A stretch of DNA of 64,000 nt, taken from the NCBI GenBank assembly GCA_964436275.1, contig CAYTBZ010000001.1, positions 33,980 through 97,979 of the forward strand. Direction: 5' to 3'. Positions 1-9,359 of the stretch are shown here, piece by piece (position 1 is the stretch's first letter; each line of letters opens with the position of its first letter). Origin of the DNA: an uncultured Gammaproteobacteria bacterium (GTDB lineage Bacteria; Patescibacteriota; Patescibacteriia; UBA2591; CAYTBZ01). The notes below the pieces were generated by a model that saw nothing but the letters and a program-made list of their open reading frames with translations, was not told the origin of the DNA and made no database searches. Made by a program: the position numbers and the translations under genes.

Positions 1-547
1 TGCGTCTAATGGCTATAAGCATAGATTCCTTTGGGGTCATCTTTTGAACAAAATTGACTGACTTTTTAATGAAAGGATTTTTCTTTTTTAGTTTAAATTC
101 AATTAAATCAACTTCTTGATGAAAAATAACTAAATCTAAAATATCCGGTTGAGTAATAATAGCTGTGACTTGGTCTGCGGTAAGCGTTTCTGGTGAAATA
201 ACTTCTCTAATCCCTACACGATAAAAAATCTTATAAAATTCTTTACTTCCGCTTCGGACAATCATTCTCAGGGTTGGCTTAATCTCTTTAGCGGCTAAAC
301 AAATCATTAAATTTGTCTCTTCTTTTCCGGTCACTGCTAGTAAAACATCGGCTTTCTTTATTTCTGCCTCTTGAAGGATTTTTCTTTCCTGACCGTTTCC
401 CCAAATAACTTTAGCATTTAATTCCTCGGCTAATTTATCAGCCCTTGCCCTATCTTTCTCAATAACTACTACATCATGCTTTTCTTGAGATAATTTTTTT
501 GCTAAATTTTCTCCAATTTTTCCTCCGCCAACAATGACAATATACAT
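1..547 (-). CDS. trkA: Trk K+ uptake NAD-binding subunit TrkA (3' end runs off window)
   Basis: Not in ORF track; manual translation from ATG at 547 gives MYIVIVGGGKIGENLAK (Rossmann GxGxxG of TrkA-N); directly downstream of trkH. Confidence 0.85.
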   Translation of the reverse strand, partial: MYIVIVGGGKIGENLAKKLSQEKHDVVVIEKDRARADKLAEELNAKVIWGNGQERKILQEAEIKKADVLLAVTGKEETNLMICLAAKEIKPTLRMIVRSGSKEFYKIFYRVGIREVISPETLTADQVTAIITQPDILDLVIFHQEVDLIEFKLKKKNPFIKKSVNFVQKMTPKESMLIAIRR

Positions 548-551
548 AATT

Positions 552-1949
552 TTAATCCTCCTTTCTTTTAAAAATAGAAATTATTAATATTATTATTGCC
601 CAAATCTCTAATCTTCCTAAAAACATATCAAAAATAATAGTTAACTTAAGAATTGGGCTTCGGTAATTAGAAATAACAGAGAGTCCGGTAGTAGCCATAG
701 CTGAGGTTGTCTGAAAGAGTGAATTTATTGGAGGATAGCCGTAAGCAATAAAAACAAGAGTAGAAAAACCAAGAATTATTAAGAACAGAAGGACAAATTT
801 TAGAACAGCATTAACCTCATTATGTCGGTAAATTGTTCCTTCAACTTTTTGGACAATGACTAAATGCGGTTGAAATATTCTTCTTATTTCTGTAATAATC
901 GCTCTTGAAACAATAATCATTCTTGAAAGTTTTAAACCTCCGGCTGTGGATCCTGAAGCACCGCCAATTAACATCAAAAAAATTAAGATTGATTTGCTAA
1001 AATTATCCCAATAACTTATTTCAGCTGTATTAAAACCAGAAGTAGTTAAAGCAGAAACTACTTGAAATATATTTTTACGGAAAGGATATAATGGCAACAG
1101 ACCGGCTATTCCTATAATTAATAAAATAAAAAATAATCTAAATTGTTGGGAACGAAAAATTTTTTTGATTTTTCCTGAAAAGAAAAGATGATGGGTGTAA
1201 AATGATGTCGCTCCTAATATCATTAAAACTACTAAAATTATCTCTAAAGAAAGAGAATGAAAACCAATAATACCAAAACTATCTGTTGTAAAACCCGCCG
1301 TAGAAATTGCTACTGCTGCGTAATTAAAAGAACGAAATAAATCTATCTTAGCGATAAAAGTTAAAGCAAGGGTGCCCAACACAAGAAAGAAAAGATAGAT
1401 TTTCCAGATGACTTTCACTGAATTTAAAATATTTGGCCGAATTTTTTGTGAAAATCCTTCTGCCCGAGCCAAAGAGGTTGAACCAACTCTAATCAGCCCG
1501 CTAATGGCTAAACTAACAATGCCTATGCCACCAATAAAAGCCATTAAACTTCTCCAGAGAATTAGTGTCTTAGGCAAAACATCCGGATTAAAAAGAGAAA
1601 AGCCCGTTGTTGTCCAAGCGCTCATTGTTTCATACCAACTATCAAGATAACTTCCCTGACCAGTTAAGAAAAACGGTAAAGCACTAATTAAAGTCACTAT
1701 TAGCCATAAAAGAGCAACTACTACAAGTGATTCAGCAAAAGTTATCTCATCGTCCAAATTCTTTTTCTTTTTTCTGACAAAAATTAAAAACAACCGACTA
1801 ATTAAAAAAATTATCCCTCCAGATACAATAAAGACAAAAAAACATTTCTCTTCGTGAAAGATAATAGAAAAAGGAATAGGAATAAGAAAAATAAAGGAAG
1901 CAAATTTTAACAGATAAGCCAAACTTTTTAATATCCTCTTCTTAGACAT
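552..1949 (-). CDS. trkH: Trk K+ uptake membrane subunit TrkH
   Basis: Multi-TM protein with pore-loop motifs SAWTTTGF, STAGF, TTSGF, GGASGSTAGGLK, ATTGLS, FLGRLE. Confidence 0.92.
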   Translation of the reverse strand: MSKKRILKSLAYLLKFASFIFLIPIPFSIIFHEEKCFFVFIVSGGIIFLISRLFLIFVRKKKKNLDDEITFAESLVVVALLWLIVTLISALPFFLTGQGSYLDSWYETMSAWTTTGFSLFNPDVLPKTLILWRSLMAFIGGIGIVSLAISGLIRVGSTSLARAEGFSQKIRPNILNSVKVIWKIYLFFLVLGTLALTFIAKIDLFRSFNYAAVAISTAGFTTDSFGIIGFHSLSLEIILVVLMILGATSFYTHHLFFSGKIKKIFRSQQFRLFFILLIIGIAGLLPLYPFRKNIFQVVSALTTSGFNTAEISYWDNFSKSILIFLMLIGGASGSTAGGLKLSRMIIVSRAIITEIRRIFQPHLVIVQKVEGTIYRHNEVNAVLKFVLLFLIILGFSTLVFIAYGYPPINSLFQTTSAMATTGLSVISNYRSPILKLTIIFDMFLGRLEIWAIIILIISIFKRKED

Positions 1950-3063
1950 TTTCTTTCTTCTTTTCTTTCAAAGTATTTTCCAAAGAATTTATTTCTGGAA
2001 ATCTCTCTAAGAAGAATTTTCTTAATTCTTCAATTTGGGTAGAAAATAATAATCCTTCTATTGCCCATTCTCTTTCTATTCCGGCGATTTCTTTTAACAA
2101 TTTCTGACATTTTTTTAAAAATTTAAATGTTTCAGAAATTGGAAAAGTAATTTTTTTCCTATACTCATCCCCTTCTTTCTGAAGAATTTTATTCTTAGAA
2201 AGATATTCAGCAACTTGATATAATTTTGCTTCACTTAGACGAGAATAATGAGCAATTTTTTCTATCTCTTCTTGGAGAAGGACAGCGCTTAGAGAACCCT
2301 TGTCTAACAAAAAGAAAATTTTATCCATAAAAATTTTTCTTGCATTACCAAATTGGACAATTTTTTGGAAAAGTTCAATGTCTCTCTCTTTTTTGATAAC
2401 AAAAATTCTCTCAATTTCCTCTCCTTTTTGTTTTTTTTCTTGAATCTTTTTGTTGATTTGTTTCTTTTCTTGTTTTTTTAAGGAAGAAAAGAGTTTTTTA
2501 AAAGATAAAAAACTTTGATAGGTCTGCCGGATGAAAGGATTTTTTGGTTCTATTTCTAATGCCTTTTTAAACCACTTCTCCGCTTCATCAAGATTGAAAT
2601 CAGAAGTAAAAATATAACTAGCCGCTAAATCATTATAAATTAAGGAATTTTTAGGATTTATTTTCAGTGCTTTTCTAAGTAATCTGCGTCCTTCACTCAC
2701 CTTTCCTGAAAGACAACTCACCCATCCCAAATTTCTTATTATTTCATCATCATTGGGCTTTAACTTATAAGCCCTTTTTAAATATTTTAACCCTTCTTTA
2801 AATTGTAAATTCTTGGCATAAGCTACACCTAAAAGAAAATTAGCAGTCACTCTTTTAGGAGCTAATTTAGTTGCCCAAATCAGAGGAGGAATTGCCTTAG
2901 TTATTTTTCCTAAAGTTAAATAAATATTTCCTAAAATTTCATAATTCCGAACATTTTTCGGTGACTCTTTAATTTCTTTCTCAATCAGTTTAATAGCTTT
3001 CTCTTTCTTTCCCTGAAAAAACAAGTCAAGAACTTCTTTATCTTTTTTATTCAATTTCATCAT
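1942..3063 (-). CDS. Tetratricopeptide repeat protein
   Basis: Several TPR-like helical repeats (LGNIYLTLG, LGVAYAKN, NLGWV, KALKINPKN). Confidence 0.75.
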   Translation of the reverse strand: MMKLNKKDKEVLDLFFQGKKEKAIKLIEKEIKESPKNVRNYEILGNIYLTLGKITKAIPPLIWATKLAPKRVTANFLLGVAYAKNLQFKEGLKYLKRAYKLKPNDDEIIRNLGWVSCLSGKVSEGRRLLRKALKINPKNSLIYNDLAASYIFTSDFNLDEAEKWFKKALEIEPKNPFIRQTYQSFLSFKKLFSSLKKQEKKQINKKIQEKKQKGEEIERIFVIKKERDIELFQKIVQFGNARKIFMDKIFFLLDKGSLSAVLLQEEIEKIAHYSRLSEAKLYQVAEYLSKNKILQKEGDEYRKKITFPISETFKFLKKCQKLLKEIAGIEREWAIEGLLFSTQIEELRKFFLERFPEINSLENTLKEKKKENV

Positions 3064-3163
3064 AATTATTCTTCTTTATTCTTTTATTTTAGAAAAAAAA
3101 TTCTTAAAGGTAAAGAGAGCTTTAGAAAAATTTTTTTAGAATACTTCTTAATGTTTCTCAAAA

Positions 3164-4099
3164 TTACCTCTCTCGATAATATATTCTATCCTTATATCTC
3201 AAATCAATATAATCAAGATTTTTATCTTTAAGTTTTTTATTAATCACAAGAGAAAGGTGGTCTAACTGCATTTTTAAAGGAATTTCTTGGTCAAAATAGA
3301 GAGAATAGTTTTGAGAAGTAATCACTTGTAAATCAGAAAAATCTGGATCGAGAATGATAAAAGAAACTGCTTTTAATCCAGAAACTGACTTCGGAAGTTC
3401 CTTGTTAATTTGTTGAATAAACTTCGCTCTTTCTTTAGATATTTGAGGAGAAAGGATTTTCTTTTTGATTTCTTTTTTCTTAAGATTTTCCTCCTTTCCT
3501 TCTTCTCCTTCTTTCTTTTTATGCTTATCTTCTTCTAAAGAGGATTTAAATAAAATAAGAGGAAGGTTGTTTTCTATTCGTTTATCAAACGATTTTATTG
3601 GTTTTCCTTCCTTATCTAAATAATAAAATTTATTCTTCATCTCTAAAACAAGAACAGGAAGCTTATCTTTAATGACAATTTTTATCTCTTTTTTTATTAA
3701 TAATCTGCTAATATCTATTTCTTCAATTGGCAGTCTTTTCTCTATTTCTTCTTTAACTAAGTTTTTAGAAAAAAATAAAAGATTGTTTTGTGGAAAAATT
3801 AAAAAGCGTCTCTTTTTTAAAATTTTACCAACTATTTCTTCTATCTCTTTGTTGGATAGATGATGATAAGCATTCTCTTTTCTAACAATATTAACTTTCT
3901 TTATCTTAAAAAAACCTGACCAAAAAATGAAATAAATGGCTGCGGCGAAAAGAAAGATGAAAAATAGAAATAGTTTTATTTTCTTTCTTTTTTTTCTTTT
4001 TTCAAGAAAGAAATTTCTTTTTATTCTCTTAGGTTTGATTGACCTAGATGATTTACGATAAGGTGGTTTTATCTTCTTTTTAAAAGTAAATTTAAACAT
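3164..4099 (-). CDS. ftsQ: Cell division protein FtsQ/DivIB-like
   Basis: Basic N-tail, one TM, POTRA-like region (FFKIKKVNI), YYLDKEG and C-terminal YIDLRY motif. Confidence 0.7.
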   Translation of the reverse strand: MFKFTFKKKIKPPYRKSSRSIKPKRIKRNFFLEKRKKRKKIKLFLFFIFLFAAAIYFIFWSGFFKIKKVNIVRKENAYHHLSNKEIEEIVGKILKKRRFLIFPQNNLLFFSKNLVKEEIEKRLPIEEIDISRLLIKKEIKIVIKDKLPVLVLEMKNKFYYLDKEGKPIKSFDKRIENNLPLILFKSSLEEDKHKKKEGEEGKEENLKKKEIKKKILSPQISKERAKFIQQINKELPKSVSGLKAVSFIILDPDFSDLQVITSQNYSLYFDQEIPLKMQLDHLSLVINKKLKDKNLDYIDLRYKDRIYYRER

Positions 4100-5231
4100 A
4101 GAATCGCGGAATTAAAGGATTGATCCGAGTAACTATTTCGTAATTGATTGTTCCTATCATTTTTGCTAAATCATCTACACTGATTTTTTTACTTTCACTT
4201 TTACCAATAATTATTGCCCTATCTCCTATTTTTAAGTTTTTAACTTTACTCACATCAACTATTATCATATTCATACAAACCCGACCAAGAACAGGACAAA
4301 ATTTATCTTTTATAATAACTTTCCCTTTACGAGAAAAACCTCGGTCATATCCTTCCCAATAACCAACGGGTAAAACAGCTATTATGGTTGGTTTCCTAGT
4401 TTTATAGGTACAACCATAACCAACAAAACTATTTGCTGGTATCCTTTTTAATTGAACAATTTTTGTGTACATTGAAAGAATAGGATGAAGAGTAAAATTA
4501 GGATATTTAGAAAGAACAATTCTTTTTGTTTTAGAAGAAGGCCATAGCCCGTAAGCAGCGATTCCTAAACGGACTAAATTAAACCGGGAATTGGGCAAGA
4601 CCAAAGAAGCGGCACTACAAGCAAAGTGTTTTAAAGGAAAACTGACATTTTTTCTTTCTAATCCTTGGATTAACTCATTAAATCTATCTAATTGGAATTG
4701 AGAGAACATTAAATTTTCTTCTGATGCGGCAAAATGCGAAAAAATTCCTTCAAAAATCAGGTTTTTATATTTTTTGACAGATTTCAGAATAAAAGAATCT
4801 GCTTTATCGACTAAAATGCCTAAACGAGACAAACCAGTATCTATTTTCAGATGGACCTTTAATTTTTGCTTTTCTCTTTTGGATAAATTATCCAAAATTT
4901 TTAATTGTTCTTCTGAATAAACGACTAAACGAATATCATTTTTAATAGCAAAATTAATCTCTTCTTTGTTTAGTTGATAATAGCTTAATACTAAAATAGG
5001 AGTTTTTATACCACCCTCCCTTAATTTTCTTGCTTCTTCTAAATTTACTACCCCTAACCAATTTATCCTAAATTTTTCGGCTAATTTAGCCATTGGCAGC
5101 ATTCCATGGCCATAAGCATTACTTTTTACTACAAGCATTATTTTAGTTCCTGACAAAACATTTTTAAATTGTTCTAAATTTTGTTTAAAGGCCTTTTTAG
5201 AAATCTCTACCCAAGTAATTGGTCTTGACAT
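4092..5231 (-). CDS. alr: Alanine racemase
   Basis: VVKSNAYGHG PLP-lysine motif, HLKIDTGLSRLG, GRVCMN, TINYEIVT. Confidence 0.95.
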   Translation of the reverse strand: MSRPITWVEISKKAFKQNLEQFKNVLSGTKIMLVVKSNAYGHGMLPMAKLAEKFRINWLGVVNLEEARKLREGGIKTPILVLSYYQLNKEEINFAIKNDIRLVVYSEEQLKILDNLSKREKQKLKVHLKIDTGLSRLGILVDKADSFILKSVKKYKNLIFEGIFSHFAASEENLMFSQFQLDRFNELIQGLERKNVSFPLKHFACSAASLVLPNSRFNLVRLGIAAYGLWPSSKTKRIVLSKYPNFTLHPILSMYTKIVQLKRIPANSFVGYGCTYKTRKPTIIAVLPVGYWEGYDRGFSRKGKVIIKDKFCPVLGRVCMNMIIVDVSKVKNLKIGDRAIIIGKSESKKISVDDLAKMIGTINYEIVTRINPLIPRFYV

Positions 5232-5253
5232 TTTATCCTTTTTATATTATTCT
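5225..5253 (+). promoter_or_regulatory. Sigma70-type promoter for the small ORF at 5308
   Basis: TTGACA (5225-5230), 17 bp, TATTCT (5248-5253); followed by AAGTTCTTTATA and SD AAGGAGG. Confidence 0.55.
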
Positions 5254-5307
5254 TGGTTTATAAAAATAAAAAAGTTCTTTATATTAAGTATTAAAAGGAG
5301 GGAAAAA

Positions 5308-5517
5308 TTGGAAACAGGAGTAAAAATTATCTTAATAATTCTCCTTCTTACTCTAAGCTTCTTCCTTTTCCATAAAGGAAGGAAATTGGAAGAAATAGCC
5401 CGCTATGTCAGAAGTTATGATAAACAACATCTCTACCATGAAAATGCTGTAATAACTGTCCTTCTCTCTTTGATCGTTTTGCTCTCAGCGTTAATCCTGA
5501 TATTCTCTCTCTTTTAA
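5308..5517 (+). CDS. Small hypothetical membrane protein (2 TM)
   Basis: 69 aa, TTG start with AAGGAGG SD, own promoter, hairpin GGTCCAT/ATGGACC then T-run at 5526-5549. Confidence 0.65.
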   Translation: METGVKIILIILLLTLSFFLFHKGRKLEEIARYVRSYDKQHLYHENAVITVLLSLIVLLSALILIFSLF

Positions 5518-5539
5518 GTTAAATAGGTCCATTATGGAC

Positions 5540-6808
5540 CTATTTTTTTCTTCTTATTATCTCCATTCCATTCATATATTTTCTTAAAACCTCAGGGACA
5601 ATAATATCTCCTTCTTTGGTTTGATAATTCTCCATTATAGCAATAATTGGGCGCTGAGAAAAGGCAGTTCCATTAACTGTATGAACAAATTCGGTTTCCT
5701 TTTTACCTTTTCTTTTAAAACGAATATTCAATCTTCTTGCCTGAAAGTCGGTGCAATTACTTGTAGAATGGGTTTCTCGGTACTCATGCTGGCCTGGCAG
5801 CCAAGTTTCAATATCATATTTATCTGCGGCTGGGTCGCCTAAATCAGCCGTACACATCCTTACCACCCGATAGGGCAATTTTAGGGCTTTCATCATCTTT
5901 TCTTCTAAGGAAAGGAAGAATAAATGTTCTTGACGGGAATTTTTAGGATGAACAAAAGAAAACATTTCTGCTTTATCAAACTGATGAACACGTAAAATAC
6001 CTCGAACATCTCTACCATAACTACCTGCTTCTCTACGGAAACAAGAAGAAAAGCCAAGATAACGAAGAGGCAAATCTTCTTCTTTTAAAATTTCATTCAT
6101 ATGCATTGGGCCGATTGCTTGTTCTGCTGTTCCAATAAGATATAAATCATCTTTTTCTAAATGAAATATTTCTTCCGCTCCTCGTGTATAATAGCCCATT
6201 GCCTCCATTATTTCTTTTTTTACCATTACTGGAGGAATAACCGGAATAAAACCTTCTTCTAAAAGAGTATCTAAAGCAAAGCGAAACAAAGCAAACTCTA
6301 AAAGAACGGCTTCATTTTTTAAATAGCCAAAACGTGACCCTGAAGTTCTACTAGCGCGTTTAGTATCAATTAGATCCAATGCCTCATTTAATTCTAAATA
6401 GTCCTTAGGAGGAAAATCAAATTTAGGTATTTCTCCTTCATGACGAATAATCTCATTATCTGCCTCAGTTAGACCAACTTTTACATCATCCAAGGGTGGA
6501 TTAGGAATTTCTAAAAGTATTTTTTTAAACAAAGGTTCAATTTCAGCTAATTTATCTTTGAATTTATCAATTTCTTTAACTATCTTTTTCATCTCTTCTA
6601 TTTTTTCTTTCTTCTCTTTTGGAGTTAACTCTTTAATTTTTCGAGAAAACTGGTTTTGAAGGGCTCGACGTTTTTCAATCTCTTTAATTAATTCCCTTCT
6701 TTGCTTATCCAATTTTAAAAGAAGGTCAATATCTACTTTAACCTGTTTTTTCTCACAGGCCCTTTTAACTTTTTCTGGATTTTCCCGAATAAATTTGATG
6801 TCTAACAT
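5540..6808 (-). CDS. serS: Serine-tRNA ligase
   Basis: MLDIKFIREN start, GTAEQ, FRREAGSYG, RVHQFDK, SNCTDFQARR, HTVNGT. Confidence 0.97.
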   Translation of the reverse strand: MLDIKFIRENPEKVKRACEKKQVKVDIDLLLKLDKQRRELIKEIEKRRALQNQFSRKIKELTPKEKKEKIEEMKKIVKEIDKFKDKLAEIEPLFKKILLEIPNPPLDDVKVGLTEADNEIIRHEGEIPKFDFPPKDYLELNEALDLIDTKRASRTSGSRFGYLKNEAVLLEFALFRFALDTLLEEGFIPVIPPVMVKKEIMEAMGYYTRGAEEIFHLEKDDLYLIGTAEQAIGPMHMNEILKEEDLPLRYLGFSSCFRREAGSYGRDVRGILRVHQFDKAEMFSFVHPKNSRQEHLFFLSLEEKMMKALKLPYRVVRMCTADLGDPAADKYDIETWLPGQHEYRETHSTSNCTDFQARRLNIRFKRKGKKETEFVHTVNGTAFSQRPIIAIMENYQTKEGDIIVPEVLRKYMNGMEIIRRKK

Positions 6809-6823
6809 ATATTTTTTATATTT

Positions 6824-7378
6824 TTATAGTTCTAAATCTTGACTAATTTTTTGCATTGCTTTTAAAGAAATATCAATAAACTTTTCTAAATCTAAATTTA
6901 ATAATTCCTTGCATTGAGCGATAATATCTCTATTAGCTCCAGCGGCAAAACGTGGTTCTTTAAAACGTTTAAGAACTGACCTAACCGTTAAATCCTTTAA
7001 TCTTTTACTGGGTAGGACTAAAGTAGCCGCGACAATTAAGCCGGTCAAAGGGTCAGCACAAAAAAGGGCTTTTGCCATCCTTGTCTTTGGCTTTATTCCA
7101 TGAATCTCATTATGAGATTTTACTGCTTCAACAATCTCCTTATCTAGTCCTTTCTCAGATAAAATTTCCGCGCCAATTAAACTATGTTCTCCTGGCTTAT
7201 CTTTTGTTTGTTCATAGTCAATATCATGTAATAATCCGGTTAGACCCCATTTTTCTTCATCCTCTTGAAAATACTTGGCTAATTCTCTCATTACTGCCTC
7301 AACAGCCAAACTATGCTTAATTAAATTCTTATTTTTTATATATTTTTCTAAAAATTTTTTAGCCTCTTCTCTAGTCAT
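6824..7378 (-). CDS. HDIG-domain metal-dependent phosphohydrolase
   Basis: KHSLAVEAVM, GLLHDIDYE, ALFCADPLTGLI, FAAGANR. Confidence 0.85.
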   Translation of the reverse strand: MTREEAKKFLEKYIKNKNLIKHSLAVEAVMRELAKYFQEDEEKWGLTGLLHDIDYEQTKDKPGEHSLIGAEILSEKGLDKEIVEAVKSHNEIHGIKPKTRMAKALFCADPLTGLIVAATLVLPSKRLKDLTVRSVLKRFKEPRFAAGANRDIIAQCKELLNLDLEKFIDISLKAMQKISQDLEL

Positions 7379-7388
7379 TATTTAATCG

Positions 7389-8846
7389 TTATTTTTCCGG
7401 TCTCATTGTTGGAAACAGAATGACTTCTTTAATATTATGAGAATTAGTTAATAAGGCAACTAATCGGTCTATTCCTATTCCCTCACCAGCGGTTGGAGGA
7501 AGACCGTGCTCTAAGGCCTCTAAAAAATCTTTATCAATCCTTTGGGCTTCTTCATCGCCGTTTTCTAATAATTTCTGCTGCTCTTGAAAGCGCTGGCCCT
7601 GGTCTAAAGGATCATTTAATTCAGAAAAAGCATTGACTATTTCCATTCCAGCAATAATCAGTTGAAACCTTTCTGCATAATTAGGACGTTGAGGAATCCT
7701 TTTTGCTAAAGGCGATAAATCTACTGGATGATTGATTAAAAAAATAGGATTAATCAGCTTGGGTCTTATCAATTCTTTAAAAATATTATCAATAATTTTA
7801 CCTCGACCGGCATTCTTATCAACCTCCACGCCTAATTCTCTTGCTTTTTTAAACAAAGATGTCTGGTCTGGGTAGTTATCTAAATCTAATTGAAGTTGTT
7901 TAATCATTAACTCACGATAATCTATTTTTGGGTAAGGAGGATTTAAATTGATTTTATTTCCGTCATAATCAATAATCCCCTTTTTAATATTTAATTCTTT
8001 AATCAAAAAAGAAATTAATTCTTCAGTCAAATTCATTAAATCATTATAGTCAGCATATGCTTGATAAAATTCTATTTGCGTAAATTCAGGATTATGCGCC
8101 CGGTCAATTCCTTCATTACGGAAACAACGCGCTACTTCATAAACCCGTTCAAAACCACCAACGATTAATTTTTTCAAATAAAGTTCAGGAGCAATTCTTA
8201 AATATAAATCTATATCTAAAGCATTATGATGAGTAATAAACGGTTTTGCCGCTGCTCCTCCGGGTATGGGCTGTAAAATAGGCGTTTCTACTTCTAAAAA
8301 GTTACGCTTATCTAAAAAGTCTCGAATTAATTTTATAATCAAACTTCTTTTGCGAAAAATCTCTCTTACTTCAGGATTACTTAAAAGATCAAGATACCTT
8401 TTGCGGAAACGGGTCTCTATATCTTTTAAACCATGCCATTTCTCTGGCAGAGGACGTAAGGACTTAGCAATCAACCTAAAATCATCAACTAAAAGGGTCT
8501 TTTCCCCTCTTTTAGTCAAATATAGTTTACCTTTTACTTGTAGAAAATCAGCCAAATCAATAAGTTCAGTGAAAAAATTATATTTTTCTTCACCTAGTTG
8601 GTCCTTCTTTAAATAAATTTGAATTTTAGCACTTCCATCTTCTATATCAGCAAAACAAGAACCGCCATGAAGTCGGATACTCTTAATTCTTCCTACTAAA
8701 ATAATCTCCTTTTTCTTTTTTAATAATTGATTAAATCTCTCTAAAACTTCTTTTATAAAAAATGTTCTCTCTGCTTTTGATGGATAAGGATCAATTCCCT
8801 TTTCCTTTATTTTCTTTAGTTTTTTAATTCTATCTTCTCTTTCCAT
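7389..8846 (-). CDS. lysS: Lysine-tRNA ligase (class II)
   Basis: [37 protein letters not shown]. Confidence 0.97.
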   Translation of the reverse strand: MEREDRIKKLKKIKEKGIDPYPSKAERTFFIKEVLERFNQLLKKKKEIILVGRIKSIRLHGGSCFADIEDGSAKIQIYLKKDQLGEEKYNFFTELIDLADFLQVKGKLYLTKRGEKTLLVDDFRLIAKSLRPLPEKWHGLKDIETRFRKRYLDLLSNPEVREIFRKRSLIIKLIRDFLDKRNFLEVETPILQPIPGGAAAKPFITHHNALDIDLYLRIAPELYLKKLIVGGFERVYEVARCFRNEGIDRAHNPEFTQIEFYQAYADYNDLMNLTEELISFLIKELNIKKGIIDYDGNKINLNPPYPKIDYRELMIKQLQLDLDNYPDQTSLFKKARELGVEVDKNAGRGKIIDNIFKELIRPKLINPIFLINHPVDLSPLAKRIPQRPNYAERFQLIIAGMEIVNAFSELNDPLDQGQRFQEQQKLLENGDEEAQRIDKDFLEALEHGLPPTAGEGIGIDRLVALLTNSHNIKEVILFPTMRPEK

Positions 8847-8853
8847 AACCTTA

Positions 8854-9321
8854 TTATTTAATTTTTAGTATCTTGACTTTTATCTGACCATTCTCAGGCA
8901 AAGGAACAATAACCTCATCTCCTACTTTTTTCCCTAATAATGCCTTACCTATGGGTGATTCATTAGAAATTTTATTATTAGCCAAATCTATATCTTCAGA
9001 ACCAACTATTGTATAAGTATAAATTTGACCCTTAATTTTTAACTCTAAAGTATCTCCAATACTAACTACTTTTTTATTTTTCGGCCCTTTACCCTCCTCT
9101 ATTATAATAGCATTTCTAATTAAATCCTCCAATTCTAAAATTTCTTTCTCATTAGAAGCGTATTCTTCTTTAGCTGCTGTAAATTCAGCGTTTTCAGAAA
9201 CATCACCATAATCTTTGGCTTCGCTAATTTTCTCAGCTATTTCTTCTCTTTTTACTGTTTTTAAATACTGAAGTTTCTTCTTAAGTTCCTCAAACTTCTC
9301 TTTAGATAAATAAGTAGGCAT
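8854..9321 (-). CDS. greA: Transcription elongation factor GreA
   Basis: GDVSENAEF and [13 protein letters not shown] motifs. Confidence 0.95.
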   Translation of the reverse strand: MPTYLSKEKFEELKKKLQYLKTVKREEIAEKISEAKDYGDVSENAEFTAAKEEYASNEKEILELEDLIRNAIIIEEGKGPKNKKVVSIGDTLELKIKGQIYTYTIVGSEDIDLANNKISNESPIGKALLGKKVGDEVIVPLPENGQIKVKILKIK

Positions 9322-9359
9322 AGGTTTAAAAATTAAAATTCTAAAATATACCCTTTATT

